Shown in pieces: positions 38,243-49,673 of a DNA stretch of 64,000 nucleotides; the stretch's first letter is position 1; the number at the start of each line of letters is the position of its first letter. The notes under the pieces are model-generated. The model was not told the DNA's origin. It did no database searches and saw only the letters and a program-made list of their open reading frames with translations. Made by a program: the position numbers and the translations under genes. This DNA comes from Paraspadella gotoi (Eukaryota > Animalia > Chaetognatha). The stretch is from assembly GCA_051294375.1 (NCBI GenBank), contig CM119265.1, positions 2,514,220-2,578,219 on the forward strand, in the 5' to 3' direction.

Positions 38243-41200
38243 TGTAAACTTAACTTAACTTTTTACCGAGACTGCGCAATCTTGGCATTTGGTTATTGAC
38301 TTTTACATTGTTGCCATTACTACTCACCTTGTTGAAATGGCTCTGAGCCTTCGGCTTGGGCTTCTTAACTTTCGGAGCCTTGGGAAAGGGTTCCCAGGTA
38401 GGGTCAGGAATGGTGGAAGAGCGTTTTCTGGGGGGAGAACTCGGTTCATGCTTGCGACGAGAACTGAAGTATAAAGAAAGATTCAAATATTACAGAAGGC
38501 TTCATATTATAAAATATTGGTACTTGTGGGCAGCAAGACTTAAAGCTCGCCTCACTGCCTGTCATCGTCCTCAGCCCTCGTCTCAAATGGCTGAGCAGGT
38601 GCATAGAAATCATCTCATTCCCACTTCCGTAGCGTCCCGGGTTTCAACTCCCTGGGGTCATCGCCGGTGTCTGGACTTAAATGGTTGACGGTGGCCCGGT
38701 AATAAACATTGCCAGTGACAGGTAGGCGGTCAGGCTGGAGGGTGCCCGCAGGCCCTACGCCAGTTTGGTGAGACTACCGGCCTGCGCCCCGGGTATCACA
38801 GGCTAATCCCCCGTTGCATATTAGTGGTGAGCGGCCGACTCTCGAACACTCGGAGGCAACCGCTTCGCGCACCGTGCGCCGAAGCTTACGTCGCTTAGGG
38901 TAATGCATATCACTGCCTTATGCCGCTACCTTTCTCTGGTAAACATGCTTCCAACGACTCGCTCGGCGATCTGCATGGCTATGGTCCGCCGTCGCATCTG
39001 CACTATGGGCAATAGAAGATCTAAAAACCTTCTTCTCAGACATAGCTCGCTCAGGATTTGAGGCCGCTGTGGAGAAGTCTGGTGGGGGGGAATCCTTGTG
39101 GCAGCAAGACTTAAAGTTGCTCACTGCTGTCCGTCCTTCAGCCTCATTTCAATGGCTGGAGGGCAGGCTAAATTCAATCTTCATTGCAATCCGTGGCAGT
39201 CCCGGGTTCAATCCACTGGGTATGCCGGTTCTAGCTTAAATGTGACGGTGCCGGTATCGAACATGCAGTGACAGGAGGGCGGTCACTGAGGGTCCGCAGC
39301 CGCTTACGCGCAGTTTGGTGAGATATACCGACCCCCGCGCCCCGGGTATCACAGGCTAATCCTTCCGTTGCCAATAAGTACCCCCTTTGTTTTTGTGCAC
39401 ACGAGGATCACGTTCGCGAAGAAACTACGAATAGAATTTAATGAAATTTTGCATGCGGAGATACCGGCAGTAGTGATACACAAATGGAACTATCGAGGCG
39501 CATATTTTTATATTCACCACTAAGCTGAGATAAGGGGCGCCTGAGGGGCAGCCCCTGAGGGCCACAAAATGGTCAAAAAATTTTTCTTTCAAATTTTTTA
39601 ATTATTTTTGTTTTAAACAGTTGCAACATACTACTCTTCCACAAAACGTATTATTAATCAAAAATATATCATTTTACCTTAATTTTTAGCTTCATGAAAA
39701 TCATTGGCTAGTTAAAGTGCAGATTTTGGGAATAATTATGGGAAAAATTGGAAGTAAAACGATGAAACCTATGCATTCTTTCAAAACGCATGCCTTAAAA
39801 TTATTGCAAATTTTTCAAATTTAGTTCTAAAATGTTTTTTTCTTATGTTTAAAACGTCAATGCACCTGATGCTACTAAAAAAATTCGAAAAGTAAAAAAA
39901 AAAATTTTAGCATTTTTTTGGCCCCCCAGGGGTCCACCCCCAGGGCGCTGTATCTCTTGTCAGGGGTTGTATATCAAAATTCGATAGTTCCATTTATATA
40001 GTCATTAGCACTCTAAATGTAAAATTTCATTAAATTCGATTGGGTAGTTTGGTGGGAACATATTCTGGTCACAAAAAAGGGGTACTACATTTTATAATAT
40101 GAAGCCTTCTGTAATTCAAATATGAATTTCAACTCTTTTAATTGGTACAACCAATATAAAATTATTCCTTCATTGAAAATTATATTACATTACCTTAAAT
40201 CCGCAGATTTGAGTGATGAGTCTTCGTCGTCGTCGTCGTCTTCTCCGTCGTCGTTTTCTGGGATGTCGTCGTCCTCTTCTTCCTCAGTTTTCTCCTCCTT
40301 TTCCTCATCCTTCTCCTCAGCTGAGGAGAGTGGAGACGGTGGCGCCATTTGAGATTCCTCGTCCTTCTTCAGAGTCGCGCACCCGATGGCGACTTCGGCG
40401 GTGGCGTCGGTGTCATCCAAGTCGACCTCGTTTTCGAAATCCGCTCCGTAAACTTCTTCCTTAGCGAATCCTGAGTCGTTGAATTTGACTTGGACGAATT
40501 CCGCTTTCACCGACGGCGCCATCAAAATTTTCATTTCCGGTTTAAAGTCATTGTCTTCGTCGTCGAAGGCGCCGATGTCTATGACGCGTCGTCGGGCGGC
40601 GTCTTTGGATTTCGAGTGGCGTCGTTTCTTCGCAGGAAGCGCCGTAAAGATCGACGCCGTGGTCTCCGCTCGAAGCGCCGTACGCGTCGTACGCCGGTTT
40701 TTCGCCGGTCTTTCGCGGCGACGCTCCACGACGATCCTCTCCGCGTCGGGGTCCTTCTCGACGAGCCACTCGGCCGCCGAGGACGCCGCCGCCTTCACCG
40801 CCGCTTGGATGGCGGCGAAAAGGCGGTCCAGAGTGGCCGAGGATGAAAGATCGGCGGTTACGGGCGGATGCATTTTTCTTGTGCGATTTTTTGGTCAGAA
40901 CAACGAAGAGATCCGATAGTCATTTCCAGTTTAAACATTTAAAATAAATCTGGTCAACAGATAACGAATAAACTAAAATTAATTATCAAATGAAATAGTA
41001 TCAACGTACAATCGCGCGTAAATCATGGTAAAAAATATTTTTAAAAATAATCCATGATAAATTTTAAGTCGTGTGTGGAGTATCGTCGTTTTCGTCGTCG
41101 TGTTTTCGTCGTCGTAGATATTGGTCGTCGCCTCAAGTCAAACTCGGCAACTCGAGACTGAAGACGGAAACGTCCGTCTGCATTTCCGTCGTGTCGTCGT

Positions 41201-42497
41201 CGTGTCGTCGACGCCACGTTCAAGCCAGCGCCCATTTTCGCCGGTCCCCATCGGCGCCTCGTCGACAGGGAACGTAGATGGCGTCGGTGCAAGCAGAGTT
41301 GTTGGCGTTGACGTTACGATAAGTCGCCAACACCGTGGACTTCCTCTCGTTCGATTCTTTTCGGCTCGATCGCATAAACTCTTTTCGACAGACGGAACAA
41401 TACCATCTGAGGAGAGAGGGGGGAAAGTTGTCAGAAAAACAATACATCTGAGGAGAGAGGGGAAGGGGGAAAGTTGTCAGAAAAACAATACATCTGAGAG
41501 AGAGGGGGGGAAAGTTTCAGAAAAACAATACCATCTGAGGAGAGAGGGGGGAAGGGGGAAAGTTGTCAGAAAAAACAATACCATCTGAGGAGAGATGGGG
41601 AGGGGGAAAGTTGTCAGAAAAACAATACCATCTGAGGAGAGAGGGTGGAAGGAGGGAAAGTTGTCAGAAAAACAACACCATCTGAGGAGAGATGGGGAGG
41701 GGGGAAAAGTTGTCAAGAAAAACAATACCATCTGAGGAGAGGAGGGGGAAAGTTGTCAGAAAAACAATACCATCTGAGGAGAAGAGGGGGAAAGTTTGTC
41801 AGAAAAACATACCATCTGAGGAGAGAGGGGAGGGGGGAAAGTTGTCAGAAAAACTACCGTTTTCGAAGACAAGATTTGTCCCTACTGTTACTAACTATTA
41901 TTCGCATATTCTCTATCTCTTACCTCTTGCCCTCGTGAAAGGCTTTCACGTGAATGGAGAGATCGCCCCGACACGAATATGTCTTATCGCACATGTTGCA
42001 AGGATGATTCTCTCCCTCGTGTACGCTACGTATATGCCTCAACAGCGTCGACGGACGCGTAAGAACTTTGCCGCAATGAGGACACGAGAATCTCTTGACG
42101 TGAGTGTACATCAAGTGTCTCTTCAATCGAGTCTTGGACTCGAATCGCGCGTCGCACTTTTTACAAGAAAAGCTTCGATCTCCGGACTCGTGGGTGGCGA
42201 TGTGTTGGTTGAAGTCGTAACGATTGACGGACCTTCCGCAGTGCGGGCAGAGCCGCTTCTCCTGCGGCGGGCACCGAGTCTTGCTCGGCGGGCAATCGGT
42301 TTGGCTCGGCGGGCGGGGAACATGGGTGAGGGCGTGACGGGCGAGGTTGTCGGCGGAAGAGAAGGGAAGTTGGCAAGTTAGCTTTGAGCAAAGGAAGGTA
42401 CGAGGGACCGGGGATTCCTCTTCCGGGTGTTTAACGTCGAGATGGTAGAGGAAGGAGCTGAGCAGGATTGAGGGTAACTTCTTTTTTTAATGAGAAC

Positions 42498-42553
<56 letters not shown>

Positions 42554-45500
42554 GTCCTGAGTGACGTCACGTGAGATCCTCACCTCTTCTTGGCAAACTT
42601 GACGTTCTCGCACCACTTGCAAGCCAGAACTCCTTCCCCGTCGTGGCAGTCGAGAAGGTGCCTGACGAGAGTCCCTTCCTTAGGGTAATAGACCCGGTAG
42701 CAAACCCGGCACCCGTTGGCCTTGTCCGCGTGCTCAGCGATGACGTGCTTGGCCTTCTGGTAGTGAACCTCGAAAGTTTCCCCGCAGAACTCGCAACGCT
42801 TCATGCTGGACAGAAGCGTGTCGAATCTATGCTCCAGTCGCTGGTGGAGCTTGACGTTGGCTGGCGTGGAGAAAGTGCGGGAACAGTCTGGGCAAGGGTA
42901 GCGGCGAGATCTGGGGCGAGCGGGTGGGGGATGTTCGGAGTCTTTGTGGAGATTGTAGCGTTTGTAATGAAGGAACTCTTGACCGCAGACGCGACAGATG
43001 TTGAGGAATTTGCGGTGGTCGACCTTTTGAGCGGAAAAAAGAAGTTTAACATCTTTTCCGTGATATGGAACGATTATCGAGTCACTCTTCTCACTAATCC
43101 GACCTTCATGTGAGTCGTGAGTTTCTCGGCGCTGTGAAAAGGTTGCCGACATTCGCCAACGTCGCATCGGAAGACGTTCTCGTCGTCGCGGTCGAATTTC
43201 GGGTAGATAAGCGGTCGGCCGCGTCGACCAGGCTGGCGTTTCGCGTCGCCTTCCGCTTTTTTTCTGAGTTAAATTAATAAGATTATGAATTAATAATTCA
43301 TTAATCAATTCAATGACGACAACGATGAATCATTGGCTTTTCTCAAGACTCGTTGTTTAATGTTATTTTTGAGAGCAGTCAAAGAAATCTTATTCATAAA
43401 ATACATTATGAAAGAAATACGAAAGCTTTCTTTTCTTAACCATCAATCACCTCTCTCTCTCCTCCTTCTCTTTCTTCTCAACGACATCCGGGTCCCAGGA
43501 AGGATCATCATCTTCTCCTTCTTTCTCCTTCTTCTTCTTCTTCTTCGCCTTGCCGCCGTTTCCTCGAGCTCTGCTTTTATTTTTTGGAGGTGTCTTCCGG
43601 GCGTCGCCGATTCGAAGGAAGGATGCTCTAGTTCGTCGTTGCTCGCCGTCGAGGTCTTCGCCGCCTTCGCCGTCTTTATCTTCGCCGTTGCCGTCTTTAT
43701 CTTCGCCGTTGCCGTCTTTATCTTCGCCGTTGCTGTTTCCGAAACAATCTTTCTTTTCATTTTCTTCTCGCGCATTTTGATTATCATCATCGTCGTCGCT
43801 TTGCCAGTCGTCGAATAAACCGTCGATATCTTCGTCCACATTGTCTTCATCGTCAACCCTCTCGACATCATCGTCGACGATCACCTTGGGGTCTTCAAAG
43901 CCTTCCTCGGTCGTCTTCGAATCCCGTCGATCGTCGATCGCTTCGTCGAAGGAGGGTTCTTCTTTCGGAAATTCCCGATTAAGAATTGGAAGCGAAGTGG
44001 AATCCAATCGGTCCACCTTGACGAAGCATTCGGGGAATCGAGTAAGGGAAGGCAGTGGAGGGAGTTCGTGAAAGTCATCTAAGAGGGCGTGGCCGTTGGC
44101 TTCCGGTTTGACGTCGTTCGGCTCGATCTTACAGTCAGAATCCAAATCGATATTGTTGTCGCCGTCGCCTTCGTAACAAACAATCTGAGCGCGTAATAAA
44201 TAAAATGTTGTTAAATAGAGGAATCAAATAAGCAAGCAAATTTCGAATATTGTATCCACCTGACGATTTTCTTCTGTTCCTGAGATGTTGACGACCGCGT
44301 CGCCGTCTTCTTCAATCTTCACGGCGCCGTTCCTTCGCTCTGCTGCGACGCGATTTCTGGTCCGCGGGCCCCGCGACGTGGACTCTGTTTTTTGGCGCGG
44401 CCGACGCCGTTTGACGACGATACGTTCGTCGACGACGTCTTTTTCGATGCTCCACTCGAGTGCCTCGCCGATGGCGGCGACGGCTGCGACGATGGCAGCG
44501 AAGACGCGTTCCAAGTGGATCGAGGGCGGCTGCGGCGGTTGCTGGGAGAGAGTTCGACATTTAGTCGCCCACATCTTTAGTTCTAGGGATTCTAGTGAGG
44601 GCATGGCCGACGAAGGGACGAAGGAGAGTTTGATTTGGAGAGTTGAGGTAGAGAGAGAGAGAGAGTTCTTTGGGTGACGCTTCGTGTCAGACAAATGATT
44701 AAACTAATAAGATAAACAAAATAGAAAAATAGAGGGATGAGCGTGCAAAAATTATAAGACAAAATATTCCCGATAAAATGTATGTAAAAAGTCACATCGC
44801 AATAACAAAATTTAATTTCAATGCCCAAAGAAAAAAAGAGATAATGATAACAAAATAATCCAAAAATTTAAAAGAAGAAAGAATTTCAAAACGAAATGCG
44901 TAGGAACAACAAAACTCAGGGAACTATATAATTTGATAGCCTCATCGAGAATAGTAGAAATATTAAATAAATAACTATAGGCGGTGATATAGAAAATCAT
45001 TCTCAATTTATAAAGATCAGACGGTCGTGAAATATCCATCGAATTTGGGGACACAAAAACCGAAAAAGAAAAATCCTGAGCAACCGAAATTATTCGTGGT
45101 TCTCTTCTTCCTCGTCGTCCCCCTATTTGTGGTCTCCACATCCAAGACCACATCCAAGACCACCCACTCTCCCGTTATCGATTCCCCCGAATCCACGGAG
45201 AGGACAACGCAGCGGTACCGCCCCCCGTCGCCGCTACGAACGCTTTCGACGCGGAGATCGAAACCGCTGGAGACGCGACTCGCTCGTCCTTGGAATCGCT
45301 CGTCCACGTGCGGCGGGTAAGCGCCGTAAGCGAGAAGGATTGGCGACTCGGCGTATTTTTTCTCCCATTTGAGGACGACGTTCGATAATGACGCTGGCGG
45401 TGAATCGACGCCGCACGGGAGCGTGACGGCGCCGCCGACGAAGGCGTCGACGACGTTTATCGAATCCGGCGTGGGCTCCGTCCCTTCCACGCGCAACTCC

Positions 45501-48500
45501 ACCCATCTCTCCGTCCGCGACATGGGCAGCCCGTCCATGAGCGCGTGACAGCGGAAACGTCCGGCGTCGCTGGGACGGACATCTTCGATGACGGCGTCGA
45601 ATCCGATTCCTCGTCGCGCCCTCCCGCGGAATCGGGCGTCGACGCCAGACTGGAAGCGTCGAGGGGCGTCGACCAAAATGGGCAGGGTGACGTTTTCTTT
45701 GAACCAGAAAAGAGAGAAGCTGCTCGACCAAAAATCGGGCGGGTCGAGGCCGCAAGGGAGACGGGCGACGCCGCCGATGGGGGTGATTACGATAGATGGC
45801 GCCGGGGTTGTAGGATTCGCCGATAGGGGGCGGGGCGAGAGGAGGAAGATAGAGAGGACGAAGGGATGAAAGACGATAGAGGAAAAAGAGAGAGACATTT
45901 GTCGGCGACTGAAGGAAGCGTGGAGCATTTTCTGATGTAAACCTGTATAAATTATAAAAGTTGGTTTCGAACATTAAATTAATTCTATGTTAATATTACG
46001 TGGGCTGTGACGTACCGGTTCAAGTTTCGCCTTTTTATTTAGTTTCTTATTTTGGTTAATATACATTCATGATTCAAAAACGTCGAATACAAAAACGAAG
46101 ATTTTTTTTTCCTCCGAGTTTTTCGTCGACTTTTGACTAATTTTAATTTAAAAGTCGCGAGTCTTGGTCGATCGCAAGTTTTATTCGGCTTAATTGAGTT
46201 AGAAAGACAGTAAAGCGAAAGAAAATTAAAAGAAAGAAAGACAGAAATAAAGAAAAAAAGACAGCCAGACGAGGAAAAAAAAGGAAGATAGAAAGAAAAA
46301 AGGGAAACAGAAAATTACAGAAAGGAGAAGGAAGGACGGTGAAATGTTCAACAGTTACAATGTGATTGTAGTAGGAAGTCACGAGTGAGACAGTGGGTGT
46401 CACCCCGCTATATAAGCGGCCTGTAGAGCGATGTTGTGGCGAATTGGAGGCATGTTCTTCATTTCCTATTTCGTTTAATAGGAAATTGGCCTGAAATGAT
46501 GAAAATGGGCAATGAGCTTCAACTTCAAAATGTCGAGATACACCCTTTAATTACCTAAAATATAAGCTGATTTAATTAGATATTTATGTAGCGTTAGTAA
46601 TGACTGATGCAGTCAGTAATAAGAATGTCGTAGCAAAAATATTTGTCAGAAGTGGGATTCGAACCCCGCCCGCATTCGCGGACCAGAATACTCGATCCTT
46701 AACAAGGATAAGCTATGAGCTTGAGTCTGGCGCCTTAGACCACTCGGCCATCCTGACATCTGACAATAAATGTTTCATTTAGCAATAAATTCTGAAAAAT
46801 ATACATCGATAAACGATCATCGTTACTGTCTTTTTATTAAATCAAATTCTTGTTTTTTTTATCTGCAAGGGAAAAGAGAAAAACAACATGAATAAAAATA
46901 TATTCGAGTTATTGGCAAATAAAAAGGAAAGTGAACACGGAAAATTGATTATCGGAATAATGTTAAGAAGTAGACTGTGTATAATGGTTTTAAATACGAA
47001 TTGGAAGAAATAAATAATTGAAAAACGAGTAGAAAATCCCGAGAACACAAAAGGACTGTAGACCTGGTAAAGCCAGCTGAGTCGTAGTTCTCGATTGTTC
47101 CGTCAGATGTCGACGTCGCGAGAGGCTGAACCAGTTTCGGGGGAAAGAATAAAACAAAAGACGTGGAGCCTATTTTTTTTTAAAGTAATTTATTGTTTAA
47201 TTGTTATGTTATATCTTTGCCTCCCAGGTTCACGAGCGTGACACGATAGACCGGTTGATCAAGGTCAACGCCAGAGACATTACTCACTTCGAGTGGCTCA
47301 TCCAGCTTCGCTTCTACTGGGAAAAGTTCGAAAAAGATTGGGAGGACTGTGTAATTCGTCAGACCAACTCTTACTTCAAGTGCGTATTCTACACGGACAC
47401 GCGTTTTAATTTTAGATTTTATGCGTATATAATCATTATTACGCTTAATCATTTTCTTTAGTTACGGTTACGAGTATTTGGGAAATTCTGGACGTCTCGT
47501 CATTACTCCGTTGACCGACAGATGTTACGTGACCTTGACAACTGCGTTGTCATTGTTTCGGTAAGTGTGATATAAAAGAAGAGGTCCCACCGAGATTCGA
47601 ACTCGGATCGCAGGATTTCCAAAGATCCTGAAGTGCTGAACCGTTACACCATGGGACCGGATGCTGAAACAACCGTAAATTATTAATTTTTATTGATAAT
47701 TTATTTGAAAGTAATATATTTTGAAAGTATATGTTTTCGTTGGTTACACTTTGACTTATCCATATCATATGATTATCTGTTATAAGAACACAAAAACTTG
47801 GGACTTCCGCAACCATCAACACAAGACGTCTCTCTCTCAATTCCCCCGCCCCGTTTTTTTCGCGAGAGTGCGACATTCGCACCACGAAGGGCCCCGCTCG
47901 GCACGGGCAAGACGGCAGACGCAACCAAGCGCGACCGTCTCGTGGGCACACTAGCCCGCATCTGGGCGCAATCTGCTCGTTTCATCCCGGTTTTCCCAAT
48001 TCAATAATGACCTCACCCCGCGGGGACGATCATGGCAGCTACAAGGTGTCTGTATTGCGGGCGGAAAGTCTGCTCTATCTTGCCTCGGTTATTTGATTTC
48101 TGCGCCAAAACGGGCGATTGCTGAGCGTGCAACGTGCGTTCATCTTCGATGAGCTCTGCTTATGTCCTACACTCCGGATAGGACAAATCAACATTAACGA
48201 AGTGCTCAGACGCTGGTTCATGTCGTCGACTCAAGCAGCATTCTCAGCGCATTTGACGGCGTTGCAGCGACGGCACAGTAAGATGGTTGTATGGGCCGTG
48301 GTCCGCCGTCGTGTGTATCCACTCTGATTCGTCTTCAGATACCGCTGTTCCGCATACATCTGATACGGGGCATTGGTGCGGTGGGGAGGAGTTGTTATAA
48401 TACTTCTTCTCTCTTTTTTCTACTCTCTTCTCTCTCTCTCTCGCTCATCCTCTCCTCTCCTCTCTCCTCTCTCTCTCTGTTCGTCTCTCTCTCTCTCTCT

Positions 48501-48588
48501 CTCTCTCCTCCTCCCTCTCCTCAGGTTGGTTGGGGGTTTGTCGCCGTCGGTGTTCGCATAGGGGCATTGGCGTGTGAGGAGTTTAATA

Positions 48589-48644
<56 letters not shown>

Positions 48645-48850
48645 CTCTCTCTCTCTCTCTCAAAAAATATAATCCATTTCTGAGCTTATCAAATCGGTCT
48701 CTCTCCCCTCCCTCCCTCTCCTCTCTCCTCTCTCTCTCTCTCCCTCTCTCTCTCTGTCTCTCTCATAAAAAAAAATCTAATCCATTTGAAATATATTGCC
48801 ACATTTTTGGAGCCTTATCAAATCGGCTTCTCTCCCCTCCCTCCCTCCCT

Positions 48851-48898
<48 letters not shown>

Positions 48899-48968
48899 AA
48901 AATCTAATCAATTTGGAGAATATATTGCCACATTTTTGAGCCCATCAAATCGGTTCCTCTCTCCCCTT

Positions 48969-49027
<59 letters not shown>

Positions 49028-49063
49028 TCTCTCTCTCTTCTCCCCTTTCATCTCCCCCCCTTC

Positions 49064-49111
<48 letters not shown>

Positions 49112-49636
49112 AACAAACAAACCAAGTTTATCTTCGAGGGACGCGAGATTCGTCTCGTCTGGAGCTGCGGAATTTTCATCACGATGAATCCCGGGTACGC
49201 CGGACGAACGGAGTTGCCGGACAATCTGAAGGCGATGTTCCGGCCGATTTCCATGTGCGTGCCGGATTCGACCTACATCGCCGAGATCACCCTTTTCGGC
49301 GAAGGGTTCTCTAACACGAAAGTGCTGGCCAAGAAATGCTACACTCTTTATTCACTGGCGACGCAGCAGTTGTCCAAGCAGGACCACTACGATTACGGGC
49401 TCAGGTTAAACTTAATTATTATTTAAAATTATTTATTTATTTATTTTTTATGTTTTTAGAAGGAATACTTACAAACTTGAACAATTATTTCTCCGTAAGA
49501 CTGAAATATGCAAATGAGTTTAAAGCTGAATCGCCTCCTCAGGTCTTTGGCGGCAGTCTTGCGTTACGCCGGTAGAAAGAAGAGAGATCTGCCGAATTTG
49601 CCGGACGATGAGATTATTTTGTTGGCGATGAAGGTG

Positions 49637-49673
<37 letters not shown>

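Noticed and set aside
41157-41176. CTGAAGA..GAAAC hammerhead-like core
   Set aside because: There is no stem II between the core motifs and it lies in or near the last exon of gene D, so it is a chance match.
41396-41852. CRISPR-like repeat-spacer array
   Set aside because: The variable parts are only G/A-tract length variants, not unique spacers. The context is eukaryotic and there are no cas genes.
47870-48270. Loss of the AAA1 Walker A motif (catalytically dead dynein)
   Set aside because: The motif is recognisable but indel-garbled in a locally noisy stretch, and the flanking exons are intact and conserved.
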